44,635 nt of DNA from Chthoniobacterales bacterium (GTDB taxonomy: Bacteria > Verrucomicrobiota > Verrucomicrobiia > Chthoniobacterales > JAFAMB01): NCBI GenBank assembly GCA_035483355.1, contig DATHPZ010000004.1, positions 1 through 44,635 on the forward strand. Reading direction: 5' to 3'. The notes beneath the pieces were generated by a model. It was given only the letters and a program-made list of their open reading frames with translations. It was not told the origin of the DNA and did not search any database. The translations under genes were made by a program, and so were the position numbers. Positions 35,717 through 44,635 of this stretch are shown here, one piece after another (within the stretch, counting starts at the first letter, position 1; the number at the start of each line of letters is the position of its first letter).

Positions 35717-37522
35717 ATGACGACCGCTCGCCAGATTCCGACACGATCTGAAATCCCTGAAGCAGATATCTGGGATCTCACTCATTTATTCAAAACAGAA
35801 GAAGATTACCGAAGATCTTTTTCCAATTTAAGAGACAGCTATTCGAAGATCGCTGAGTTCAAAGGCCATCTTGGAGAATCGGCTGACACGCTGCTCAGCT
35901 GCCTGGAGTGCGAGAACCTGCAAGAGCAAACTGCCGAACGACTCGGTCACTACTCCTCGCTCAAAAACTCCGAAGACAGCTCGGACGATAAAAACCTTTC
36001 TCGTCGCGCCGAATTGACCAACCTTCTCACCAAGGTCCGCGAGGTCTGCTCCTATATCCAACCGGAAATCCAGGCGATTCCCGACGATCAATTTCAACGT
36101 TTTCTGGATGACCCGAAACTTGCCGCCTGGAAGATCTCTCTCTCCAGACTCCGCCGATACAAGCCGCACACGCTATCCGAATCGGAGGAACGGCTCTTGA
36201 CTCTTGGTGCACCAGCCATTCGCGGCCATTCAGACACCTTTTCACAGCTCACGAATGTCGACATGAAGTTCGGTGTTTTGACATCCGACGATGGCCAGGA
36301 AATCGCCCTCTCTCAGAGCACCTATCTGTCGTTTCTGCACAAACAGGACCGGGAACTGCGACGCAGGGCCTTTCATCAGTTCTACCAGGAATTTGATGAT
36401 CACAAATTCACCCTGGCCTCCGCGCTGGCATCCTCGGTCCGAGCCGACGTTTTTTCCGCCAAGATCCGTAATTACCCTTCCGCCCGCCATGCATCGCTGT
36501 TCGGAGATAACATCCCTCTAACAGTGTACGACAACTTGATCGCGACGGTTCGCAAAAACCTCCCTGTCCTCCACGAGTACTACGAGCTCCGTCGTGAGCT
36601 CCTGAAGCTGGAAGATCTTCACCAATACGACACCTTCGTACCACTGGTCCCACCGATTCAAACCAACGTCGATTTCAACGAAGCGATCGATCTCGTCGTT
36701 CAGGCTCTCAACCCTCTCGGCGCCGAGTACGTCGACACGCTCCGAAACGGGCTACGCTCTCGATGGGTCGATCGCTACGAAACCAAAGGAAAAAGAAGCG
36801 GGGCATTCTCCTCCTCCAGTTACGGTAATCCTCCCTATATTTTGATGAACTACAAACCGGATGTGTTTTCCGATGTGTTCACTCTTGCTCACGAAGCGGG
36901 ACATTCGATGCACACGTGGTTTGCCCAGAAGCATCAACTCTTCCAGGATTACGGCTACCCAATCTTTCTCGCAGAAGTAGCCTCGACATTTAACGAAGAA
37001 CTGCTCACGCACTACCTTCTGGACCGGGCGGAACAACCGGCCGTACGGGCGTACCTCATCGACCGACAGATCGAAGATGTCCGCCAGGTCCTGTTTCGCC
37101 AGACGATGTTCGCAGAGTTCGAAAAGCAGGTGCATGAAATCGAGGAAAACGGCGGTCCCCTGACCCTCAACGTGTTCTGCAAAGTTTACCGTGAACTGCT
37201 TGAGGCCTATTTCGGACCACGTTTTGCAATCGATGACGAACTTAGTATCGAGTGCCTTAGAATCCCGCATTTTTACTCGGCATTCTATGTGTATAAGTAT
37301 GCCACGGGAATCTGTGCATCCATGTCACTGGCTGACCGAGTTTTGCACGGGGGCGCCGCGGAACTGGATGCCTACCTGGGTTGTCTCAAGTCGGGCGGAG
37401 CAAAATTCCCGATCGACACGCTCCGGGACGCGGGTGTCGATATGCAATCTGCGGAACCGATCGACAAAGCAATGAACCTTTTCCAAAAAAGGATCGGCCA
37501 GCTGCGCGAGTTGCTGAAATAA
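35717..37522 (+). CDS. pepF: Oligoendopeptidase F (M3B metallopeptidase)
   Basis: HEAGHSMH zinc motif plus a downstream E in LAEVAST, ~600 aa PepF layout. Start trimmed to the ATG at 35717. Confidence 0.9.
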   Translation: MTTARQIPTRSEIPEADIWDLTHLFKTEEDYRRSFSNLRDSYSKIAEFKGHLGESADTLLSCLECENLQEQTAERLGHYSSLKNSEDSSDDKNLSRRAELTNLLTKVREVCSYIQPEIQAIPDDQFQRFLDDPKLAAWKISLSRLRRYKPHTLSESEERLLTLGAPAIRGHSDTFSQLTNVDMKFGVLTSDDGQEIALSQSTYLSFLHKQDRELRRRAFHQFYQEFDDHKFTLASALASSVRADVFSAKIRNYPSARHASLFGDNIPLTVYDNLIATVRKNLPVLHEYYELRRELLKLEDLHQYDTFVPLVPPIQTNVDFNEAIDLVVQALNPLGAEYVDTLRNGLRSRWVDRYETKGKRSGAFSSSSYGNPPYILMNYKPDVFSDVFTLAHEAGHSMHTWFAQKHQLFQDYGYPIFLAEVASTFNEELLTHYLLDRAEQPAVRAYLIDRQIEDVRQVLFRQTMFAEFEKQVHEIEENGGPLTLNVFCKVYRELLEAYFGPRFAIDDELSIECLRIPHFYSAFYVYKYATGICASMSLADRVLHGGAAELDAYLGCLKSGGAKFPIDTLRDAGVDMQSAEPIDKAMNLFQKRIGQLRELLK

Positions 37523-37564
37523 AAAGGATGCGGACTATCCCTTTCCGGCGGAACAGTTCAGGCA

Positions 37565-38851
37565 GTGTCAACCATTGAATTAGTCGTCCACTCTTATCCT
37601 CGCGAGCTTTCAGAACAGATTTGGTCGCTCTGGCAGCGAGCAAATGGCGCAGACACGCTTCTCGGTTCCGCCGAGAGACTGAATGGATTCCTGAGCATTG
37701 CCTATCAGGCCAGCCTTCTCTGTGAGGAGGGCCGCCCGGTCGAATGCCGGATCGCGCTTTTGGGCCGCCAGGCACTTGAGCCCGGCGCTCTCGCCCGTAT
37801 CGGTTTTCACGCCGTCCGCTTCGCGAAACGGCGGGTGTTTGGGGAGCAGGAAACTCGCCGGCTGGGACCGGCGACCGGATTTTATCGATCGATGATCGCC
37901 GTCGAATGGTCAGACGAAACAGGATTCGAAATATCCGGAATGATCCACACCGGTGCATGGTCCAGGGATTTGACCGTGGCCGTGGACACCGTCAATCACC
38001 CTATTCCGGATTGGCTGATCATCCATGTCAGAGGTCCGGGGAACCTGGTGATTCACCGCGGTTCCGAACGCATTGTGACTTTGCTCAACGGTAAAGTCGA
38101 AGGTCACGGTTTCAATCTTTTCGACTCTTCGTGGTTGCTTCAGCGCTACCGCACGGTAGGTGAAGGATTTACAGGCGCAGTTGCGCCCAATCTGCCGGAT
38201 TCGGTGCTCATTCGCGATGATCTCGCCGAACAAATTGGAATCCACTTTATGCGCAGAGTCATCCGGGAGATTCGGAATTCCCGGCAGGGCGGCACCATCG
38301 TCTTCGCCCCGAGGTTGCTCATGGGAAACCTTCTCAAGTCCGGCGGCCCGCTACGGGCAAAATATCTGATCGAAGAAACCTGTACGGCCTCTCCGTTTGC
38401 TCTCATTCTCGAGGATGTCGCACTGCGTCTGGCTCAATTCGCCGTGATTAAAGGAATATCATCGCCAGGCTGGTCAGAGTACCTGGCATGGTACGAAGAC
38501 TTTCCGTATACGTTCAGCCAACGATTTGTGGAGCTGGCATTGTGGCTTTCAGACCTCACGGCAGTCGACGGTTGCTTGCTGCTCGATCACAAATTCACCT
38601 TGTTTGGATTTGGCGTTGAGATTCAGGTCCCCAGTTTTGAAGACGAAATGGTGTATCGCGCCCTCGATATCGAAGGACAAGATTGCGTCCTCGAGTCGAT
38701 GGAAAGCGCCGGGACCCGGCACCGAACAGCCTACCGTCTCTGTCGCGAGTACGCGCAATGTCTGGCAATTGTGGTCTCGCAGGACGGCACGGTCAAATTC
38801 GTCGCCAACCATGAGGACAAAGTGGTCTACTGGAACCACCTGGATTTCTGA
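37565..38851 (+). CDS. Diadenylate-cyclase-fold (DAC/DisA_N-like) protein with an uncharacterised N-terminal domain
   Basis: 428 aa with a GTG start. The C-terminal half carries DAC-like motifs in order: GGTIVF (aa 242-247), VDGCLLLD (334-341), GTRHRTA (383-389, the same heptapeptide I recall in DisA) and IVVSQDGT (402-409). The first ~230 aa match nothing I recognise and may be the DACNV-type sensor domain. Confidence 0.6.
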   Translation: MSTIELVVHSYPRELSEQIWSLWQRANGADTLLGSAERLNGFLSIAYQASLLCEEGRPVECRIALLGRQALEPGALARIGFHAVRFAKRRVFGEQETRRLGPATGFYRSMIAVEWSDETGFEISGMIHTGAWSRDLTVAVDTVNHPIPDWLIIHVRGPGNLVIHRGSERIVTLLNGKVEGHGFNLFDSSWLLQRYRTVGEGFTGAVAPNLPDSVLIRDDLAEQIGIHFMRRVIREIRNSRQGGTIVFAPRLLMGNLLKSGGPLRAKYLIEETCTASPFALILEDVALRLAQFAVIKGISSPGWSEYLAWYEDFPYTFSQRFVELALWLSDLTAVDGCLLLDHKFTLFGFGVEIQVPSFEDEMVYRALDIEGQDCVLESMESAGTRHRTAYRLCREYAQCLAIVVSQDGTVKFVANHEDKVVYWNHLDF

Positions 38852-38860
38852 AATCGGCCC

Positions 38861-40050
38861 TCACAGAAGGAAGCAAAGAGAATTTGCACAGAAGGAAGCA
38901 AAGGAAACGAAGGGTTGGATACTGTGTGCAAGCCGGCCGTTGACAGCGCTTTCCCTAACCACCTACGGCTTCTTAAATCGCCCGGGCAAAGGCCGAGCCC
39001 ATCGAACGTTACACGCGCAAACGGGATTCTGCCGAACGATCCTCCAAAAAACTTTGGTCCTAATCGCCCTTTGTTTCCTTTGCTTCCTTCTGTTCAAATT
39101 CTCTTCGCTTGCTTCTGTCAGCCGCGAAACCTCAACGTCGCGAGCCTTAGGTAAAGCGTCGTCGCTCACAGAAGCAAAAAAGACGGACTTGAACAGAAGG
39201 AAGCAAAGGAAACGAAGGGCCGGATACGGTGTAAGCCGGCCCTTGACTGCGCCTTCCCTAACCGCCTACTGGTTTCTTCTATCGCCCCGCCAAAGGCCGA
39301 GCCCATCGAACGTTACACGCGCAAACGGGAATTTGCCGAACGATCCTCCCAAAAGACCTGGTCCTGATTGCCCTTTGTTTCCTTTGCTTCCTTCTGTTCA
39401 AATTCTCTTCGCTTGCTTCTGTCAGCCGCGAAACCTCAACGTCGCGAGCCTTAGGTAGGTAACGCGTCGTTCGCCTCACAGAAAAGAAAAAAGACGGACT
39501 TGAACAGAAGGAAGCAAAGGAAACGAAGGGTCAGATACGGTGTAAGCCGGCCGTTGACTGCGCCTTCCCTAACCGCCTACTGGTTTCTTCTGTCGCCCCG
39601 TCAAAGGCCGAGCCCATCGAACGTTACACGCGCAAACGGATTCTGCCGAACGACTCCCAAAAAAACCGGTCCTGATTGCCCCTTTGTTTCCTTTGCTTCC
39701 TTTGCTTCCTTCTGTTCAATTCTCTTCGCTTGCTTCTGTCAGTCGCAAAACCTCAACGTCGCGAACTCTATGTGAAGCATAGCCACACCATAGAAGGAGC
39801 GAAAACGACTTGAACAGAAGGAAGAAAAGAAAACGAAGGGAAGGATACGGTACAAGCCGGGCGCTGACGGCGACTTCCGCAAAGCCTCAACTCCTGGGCT
39901 CTTTAATCGTCGCGTCAAAGGACAAAGCCCGTCGAACGTCACGCGCGGCAACGGGAATTTGCCAAAGGACCTCCCCGAAAGCCCGGTCTTGATTGCCCTT
40001 TGTTTCCTTTGCTACCTTCTGTTCAAATTTTCTTCGCTTGCTTCTGTGAG
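38861..40050. repeat. Array of four tandem ~300 bp long-hairpin units (MITE-like or structured-RNA-like)
   Basis: Units at 38861-39152, 39166-39456, 39476-39773 and 39790-40050. Each has a purine-rich left arm (...TTGAACAGAAGGAAGCAAAGGAAACGAAGGG), a 150 nt core and a complementary right arm (GCCCTTTGTTTCCTTTGCTTCCTTCTGTTCAA...GCTTGCTTCTGTCAG). Units 1-3 also carry a conserved linker (CCGCGAAACCTCAACGTCGCGAGCCTTAGGT). Confidence 0.85.
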
Positions 40051-40059
40051 GTCCTGGCT

Positions 40060-41085
40060 TCAATAAGAAGCCTGTGCGCCCTTAATATTTTTCTTCTGTA
40101 TCCAGGGCATCAGCGAGCGCAGTCGTTCGCCCGTCTTTTCGATCGAATGTTTTTCGCCGTCCTTGAGAAGCCTTTTGTAGTTCGGCAAGCCAGCTGCGTA
40201 CTCTGCGATCCAGCCTTTGGCGAATTTCCCGCTCTGGATATCCTTCAGAGCCTTCTGCATCTTCTTTTTGACCGAACTATCGATCACGTTCGGACCCACC
40301 GAGACATCCCCCCACTTGGCGGTCTCGGAGATCGAAAATCGCATTCCGGCGATCCCGGACTCGTACATGAGATCCACGATCAATTTCAATTCATGCAAAC
40401 ACTCGAAATAAGCCATCTCCGGCTGATAACCGGCTTCCACGAGAGTTTCGAACCCGTTTTGAACCAGTGAAGTCAGACCGCCGCACAAGACCGTCTGTTC
40501 CCCGAATAGATCCGTTTCTGTTTCCTCTTTGAACGTCGTTTCGAGTACGCCTGCCCTGGTCGCTCCGATCCCTTTCGCCCATGCCAACGCCAGTTTCTTC
40601 GCTTGCTTGGACGGATTTTGGTAGACCGCGACAAGGGCCGGGACGCCTTTCCCTTCCAGGTATTGCCGGCGCACGATGTGGCCGGGGCCTTTTGGGGCGA
40701 CCATAATGACATCCACCTCTTTTGGGGGAACAACGGTTTTAAAATGCACCGCAAATCCATGGCTGAACAAGAGCGCTTTTCCCTTCTGCAGATGAGGCGC
40801 CACTTCGGTTTCATAGATCGATGCGCTCTTGAGATCGGGGGTCGCAAAGAAAATGATATCAGCCTTTTTTGCCGCTTCACTCACTTCCAGGACCTGAAAA
40901 CCGTGCTCCTCGGCGACAGGGACAGACTTGCTGCCTTTGTACAAACCGACCACCACCTGTACTCCACTGTCCTTGAGGTTCAGCGCGTGCGCGTGACCCT
41001 GGGACCCAAATCCGATCACCGCGCACATCTTTCCATTGAGGTGGGCGAGGTCTGCGTCCTTATCCGTGTAGACTTTTGCTGGCAT
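40060..41085 (-). CDS. ilvC: Ketol-acid reductoisomerase (class I)
   Basis: 341 aa with [27 protein letters not shown] and FSHGF. Confidence 0.95.
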   Translation of the reverse strand: MPAKVYTDKDADLAHLNGKMCAVIGFGSQGHAHALNLKDSGVQVVVGLYKGSKSVPVAEEHGFQVLEVSEAAKKADIIFFATPDLKSASIYETEVAPHLQKGKALLFSHGFAVHFKTVVPPKEVDVIMVAPKGPGHIVRRQYLEGKGVPALVAVYQNPSKQAKKLALAWAKGIGATRAGVLETTFKEETETDLFGEQTVLCGGLTSLVQNGFETLVEAGYQPEMAYFECLHELKLIVDLMYESGIAGMRFSISETAKWGDVSVGPNVIDSSVKKKMQKALKDIQSGKFAKGWIAEYAAGLPNYKRLLKDGEKHSIEKTGERLRSLMPWIQKKNIKGAQASY

Positions 41086-41112
41086 ACTTAAATTTGATTT
41101 AGAAGAAAGGGC

Positions 41113-41607
41113 CTACTCCACTCGGGCCATGGCAACTTTGCCCGTGCGCGTCAAGTCGCTGATACCAAAGTTTTCCATCAGTTTCAGAAACTTGTTGATC
41201 TTGCTTTCGTTTCCGGTGATTTCGATGGCGAGACGCTTGGGCTGAACATCCACGATCTTGGCCCGGAAGATGTCGCATATCTGCATCACTTCCGACCGAT
41301 TCGCGGAATCGGCATTCACACGAAGCATCACCAACTCGCGATCGACATAGTCTCCATCCCGAAAATCCTGAATTTCAATCACGTCGACGAGCTTGTTCAA
41401 CTGTTTTGTGACCTGCTCAAGAACCGTGTCATCTCCGCGTACCACGATCGTCATTCTGGAGGCAGAAGAATCATTTGTCGGCGCAACATTCAGACTATCG
41501 ATGTTGAATCCACGCCCGCTGAACATGCCGGCAATCCTGGCCAGGACGCCGAACTTGTTTTCCACCAGAACAGATATCGTATGACGCATAGAACGGAGAG
41601 GAATCAT
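41113..41607 (-). CDS. ilvN: Acetolactate synthase small (regulatory) subunit
   Basis: MRHTISVLVENKFGVLARIAGMFSGRGFNIDSL ACT domain plus the C-terminal ALS_ss_C domain. The start is ATG 41607 or ATG 41589. Confidence 0.9.
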   Translation of the reverse strand: MIPLRSMRHTISVLVENKFGVLARIAGMFSGRGFNIDSLNVAPTNDSSASRMTIVVRGDDTVLEQVTKQLNKLVDVIEIQDFRDGDYVDRELVMLRVNADSANRSEVMQICDIFRAKIVDVQPKRLAIEITGNESKINKFLKLMENFGISDLTRTGKVAMARVE

Positions 41608-41711
41608 CCCGGGAAAGCGTCCAAAATCAATAAAAATTCTGCGATTACCCGCTTTTCCCGGAACCGGTTGTGATCTCTTCGAACACGTGCAAGTATCCCC
41701 GGGTTCGCGTT

Positions 41712-42296
41712 ATGACAGTATTTACTCCGCCTGAAAAACTGTACGCAGGATACATCTTTGACTGCGATGGCACCCTCGCCGATTCCATGCCGCTGCACTA
41801 CCGTGCTTGGGCCGACACCGTGGAGAAGCACGGGGGGCAAATGCCGGAAGAACTCTTTTATGCGCTGGGCGGATGGCCAAGCAATAAGATGGTCGAATTT
41901 TTGAACGAACGATTCGGTACATCACTCGACCCGCAGATTGTCGCCACTGAAAAGGAGCATCTATACGTCGAGCGAATCGCTATGATTCAACCGATTCGGG
42001 AAGTGGCCGAGTTCGCGCGTCAAGTCGCTGCCTTTGCGAAGGTATCAGTTGCCTCCGGAGGCGTCCTTCCCGTCGTCACCAGGACCCTGGAAACGATCGG
42101 ATTCAAAGACTTTTTCCCCGTCATCGTCACGACCGAACAGGTCAAAAGAGGTAAGCCTTTCCCGGATATGTTTCTCGAAGCCGCCCGCCGGATGAATGTA
42201 CATCCTTCCGAGTGCCTGGTTCTCGAAGACAGCACCGCTGGCTTTGAAGCCGCGAGCGCAGCCGGAATGGACTATGCCAAAGTGGGAAGACCTTAA
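41712..42296 (+). CDS. HAD-superfamily hydrolase (subfamily IA phosphatase)
   Basis: FDCDGTLADS (DxDxT motif I), SVASGG (motif II), K..GKPFPDMFLEAA, and EDSTAGFEAASAAGM (motif IV). Start trimmed to the ATG at 41712. Confidence 0.8.
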   Translation: MTVFTPPEKLYAGYIFDCDGTLADSMPLHYRAWADTVEKHGGQMPEELFYALGGWPSNKMVEFLNERFGTSLDPQIVATEKEHLYVERIAMIQPIREVAEFARQVAAFAKVSVASGGVLPVVTRTLETIGFKDFFPVIVTTEQVKRGKPFPDMFLEAARRMNVHPSECLVLEDSTAGFEAASAAGMDYAKVGRP

Positions 42297-42298
42297 CC

Positions 42299-42329
42299 CG
42301 CTCACAAATCCCCTCATGATTGGTGAGCG
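42299..42329. terminator. Hairpin in the convergent HAD/carboxypeptidase gap
   Basis: CGCTCAC (42299-42305) and GTGAGCG (42323-42329) flank a 17 nt loop within the 43 nt between two convergent stop codons. The stem is weak and there is no U-tract. Confidence 0.3.
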
Positions 42330-42339
42330 ATTCAGGCAC

Positions 42340-43368
42340 CTACAACACGGTTTCTCTCAGCAAGCTCTGGCGATGGTAACCACTTGAATACATGTTATTA
42401 AGTGGAGCGCTCCCTCGTCGTTCCAGTCCCCAGAGCAAAAGCCTTTGGGCGTCATCGAACAACATCCGATGAGTGCCACCAAGTTGAACAAGGATGATGT
42501 CTTTGCCGCCCTCCGATGCACTTGAGACCAAGCACCGACCGCTCATCTCCGTGTAACCAGTCTTCATGCCTGTAAATATGGAGGACCGAGTCACCAGCCT
42601 ATTGGTCGGCTCCAGGAAACGCCGCCTCCCTGAGCTATAGGTAAAGATGAGACCCGGCAGCCGCATGAACTCGCGAAGCGTCGGATTGTGATAGGCCGCA
42701 AACGCGATCCTCGCCATGTCGCGAGCGGTGGAGAATTGACCCGGCTTGGGTAGGCCATTCGGGTTGACGAAATGGCTGTTCGCTGCGCCCAGTTGAGCCG
42801 CTTTCGCGTTCATCAATTGGGCAAAGGAAACGACGCTGCCGGCGTCGTTCCGGGCCAGGCATACCGCTGCATCGTTGCAACTATGCACCAGCATCGCCGC
42901 CAGAAGTTGTCTTTTGGTGTAGACTTCCCCCGGCCTGAACCCGAGTTTCGTCGGTTCAACTGCGCAATCCTCGGAAACGACCCGGACGCTGCTATCCAAT
43001 CCCCCATGTTCCGCGACCAGCAACGCCGTAAGAAGCTTCTGTGTGCTGGCGACCGGCCGCTGGATATCCGGATTCTTGAAAAAGAGCACCTCCCCGCCCT
43101 TCGCATCAATCATGATCGCAGAACTCGCGATGGTCACCGGCGCACTCGCCGGATAAACTGGCAGCGCCGACATGGCGGGCGGAGTCCCAGCAACAGCAAT
43201 GTCTGCCATCGTCCGCGAATCATCCTGCGCGGTCGGAGAATTTGACGGAGACGCCGTGTCCGCAGGCAGAGCACGGCGCACCTGCCGATCGCGAGCGAAG
43301 CCCTGCACGCACCCCTCCCAACCGATCCACCAGCCAAGCACCAAAATCAATATCCAACGCTCCAGCAT
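42340..43368 (-). CDS. D-alanyl-D-alanine carboxypeptidase (S11, PBP5/6 type)
   Basis: ASTQKLLT (SxxK), SCND (SxN) and KTGYT (KTG). N-terminal hydrophobic segment MLERWILILVLGWWIGW. Start chosen at ATG 43368; upstream ATGs exist. Confidence 0.85.
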   Translation of the reverse strand: MLERWILILVLGWWIGWEGCVQGFARDRQVRRALPADTASPSNSPTAQDDSRTMADIAVAGTPPAMSALPVYPASAPVTIASSAIMIDAKGGEVLFFKNPDIQRPVASTQKLLTALLVAEHGGLDSSVRVVSEDCAVEPTKLGFRPGEVYTKRQLLAAMLVHSCNDAAVCLARNDAGSVVSFAQLMNAKAAQLGAANSHFVNPNGLPKPGQFSTARDMARIAFAAYHNPTLREFMRLPGLIFTYSSGRRRFLEPTNRLVTRSSIFTGMKTGYTEMSGRCLVSSASEGGKDIILVQLGGTHRMLFDDAQRLLLWGLERRGSAPLNNMYSSGYHRQSLLRETVL

Positions 43369-43469
43369 AACCGGCGTTTTTATTCCAGATTCCAGCTTCG
43401 CGCAACAGCTGTAGAATTCAGGATAAAAATTGTTCATTCTTTTTCCAGATCCCGGTATGATCAACCCGC

Positions 43470-43973
43470 ATGAAGTTTCGCGTTGTTCGCCAGGTCGCGT
43501 GCGCGACTATGGCGATCCTGTTCGTTGGTTGCGCTGGGCGCTCTCTTCCGGAATATGAGGCGCCCTTGCCACGCAGCCAGTTCATGAAAGTGCGCACCAC
43601 CGCTTACACCGACACCGAGAGTGATCATCGACGCTACGGTAAATCCAATGCCATTGGCACGACTCTCGTCGGAGCCGGGTCCATCCGCAGCGCAGCCGCC
43701 GATTGGGCCAGGTGGCCCGCCGGCACGAAATTTCTGATTCTCGCCACCGGTCAGGTCTACGAGGTCGACGACTACGGCTGGGCTCTGTCCGGCCGGAACA
43801 CGATCGATCTCTATTGTCCGACTTGGGCGGAGATGAACAATTGGGGTGTTCGTCGCGTTACGATTCAGATTTTGGAGTGGGGCGATCCCTGGAAAAGCTA
43901 CCATGTCCTGAAACCGCGTCGCGACTACGCCCACGTCCGGCGCATGTTAGACGAAATCCGGAATTTCTATTAG
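43470..43973 (+). CDS. 3D-domain (MltA/RlpA-like double-psi barrel) lipoprotein
   Basis: Lipobox ILFVGC, then TTAYTDTE...AADWARWPAGTKFLI...YEVDDYG...IDLY, matching the 3D-domain pattern. Confidence 0.7.
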   Translation: MKFRVVRQVACATMAILFVGCAGRSLPEYEAPLPRSQFMKVRTTAYTDTESDHRRYGKSNAIGTTLVGAGSIRSAAADWARWPAGTKFLILATGQVYEVDDYGWALSGRNTIDLYCPTWAEMNNWGVRRVTIQILEWGDPWKSYHVLKPRRDYAHVRRMLDEIRNFY

Positions 43974-43983
43974 ACCGACGCTC

Positions 43984-44635
43984 TTACTCCGCTCCTCCAA
44001 CGGCGTTCCACATGAAGGCCAGGATTTCAGATTGTTCGTCGATGATTTTGCTGATCGGCTTGCCTGACCCATGTCCGGCCTTCGTTTCGATTCGAATCAG
44101 GACCGGATTCGGACACCCCTGCGCAGCCTGCAGTGTGGCGGCGAACTTGAACGAGTGACCCGGCACCACTCTGTCGTCATGATCCGCCGTGGTCGCTAAA
44201 GTGGGCGGATAGCATGTTCCCGGTTTGATATTTTGGAGGGGCGAATACTTGATCAGATACTGAAATCCATCAGGAGTGTCAGAACTTCCGTAGTCGGATT
44301 CCCACGCCCATCCGATCGTAAATTTCTGGTACCTCAGCATGTCGAGAACACCGACCTCCGCGACCGCTGCCCCGAACAGATCTGGGCGCTGGGTGAGCGC
44401 AGCGCCGACCAGTAATCCGCCGTTCGAGCCTCCCACGATGGCGATCTTTCTTGCCTTGGTATATTTCGCATCGATCAACGCTTGAGCAGCTGAGATGAAA
44501 TCATCAAACACATTCTGCTTGTGTTCCTTAATCCCTGATTCATGCCATTGCCGGCCATACTCTCCACCGCCACGCAGATTAGGGAGAGCAAAGACCCCAC
44601 CTCTTTCCAGCCAGCTCGCGTACGACGCCGCAAAC
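43984..44635 (-). CDS. Prolyl oligopeptidase family serine peptidase (S9), C-terminal catalytic domain, 5'-truncated by the window edge
   Basis: GGSNGGLL nucleophile elbow, ADHDDRV and KAGHG complete the Ser-Asp-His triad. The frame stays open to the window end. Confidence 0.85.
   Translation of the reverse strand, partial: FAASYASWLERGGVFALPNLRGGGEYGRQWHESGIKEHKQNVFDDFISAAQALIDAKYTKARKIAIVGGSNGGLLVGAALTQRPDLFGAAVAEVGVLDMLRYQKFTIGWAWESDYGSSDTPDGFQYLIKYSPLQNIKPGTCYPPTLATTADHDDRVVPGHSFKFAATLQAAQGCPNPVLIRIETKAGHGSGKPISKIIDEQSEILAFMWNAVGGAE

Noticed and set aside
38526-39458. Long plus-strand ORF (310 aa), with sibling ORFs at 38915-39154, 39500-39775 and 38963-39169 running through the repeat units
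   Set aside because: These ORFs are by-products of the repeated DNA. Copies differ by non-triplet indels, the frame is not conserved in unit 4, and the translations are low-complexity (NRRKQRKRR, LFPLLPSVQILFACFC).
38861-40050. Possible CRISPR array, given the regularly spaced repeats in an intergenic region
   Set aside because: The period is ~305 bp and the whole unit repeats, including the sequence between the arms. There are no unique spacers, no 25-40 bp direct repeats and no cas genes.

Overview
This 44.6 kb window is a gene-dense chromosomal segment. It looks Verrucomicrobiota-like, an inference from the TGTTC-N4-GAACA operator in front of lexA and from the gene content. Most of it is housekeeping: hisS (partial), aspS, an FKBP isomerase, PBP2, uvrC, exbB-exbD-TPR, thiH-thiS-dnaG-rpoD, lipA, rpsI-rplM, yggS, an opgG-X-opgH-Y operon, an FAD oxidoreductase, lexA, xerC, pepF, ilvN-ilvC, a HAD phosphatase, a D-Ala-D-Ala carboxypeptidase, a 3D-domain lipoprotein and a partial prolyl oligopeptidase. 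I found no rRNA, tRNA or CRISPR. The unexplained material is mostly non-coding. (1) Four tandem ~300 bp units at 38861-40050 each have ~50 nt purine-rich/pyrimidine-rich inverted arms around a conserved 150 nt core, and two armless half-units lie 9 kb away at 29739-30015. (2) A second family is built from GCGTTCG heptamer arrays, twice arranged as inverted brackets around a shared GCGTCCCG...CGGGACGGCTT hairpin (2735-2855 and 30731-30967). (3) An octamer-based long hairpin sits between uvrC and PBP2. Among proteins, the most unusual is a 428 aa ORF (37565-38851) whose C-terminal half carries diadenylate-cyclase (DAC/DisA_N) motifs behind an uncharacterised ~230 aa N-terminal domain. Others worth attention are a DUF4912 protein with three nested Ser/Trp-rich repeat arrays, a translationally coupled membrane protein plus NlpC/P60-like secreted protein divergent from lexA, two unknown genes embedded in the opg operon, and a frameshifted integrase N-terminal remnant. 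The ORF track uses the most upstream ATG/GTG/TTG, so I trimmed several starts to downstream ATGs. All family assignments come from motif recognition by eye, not from searches.
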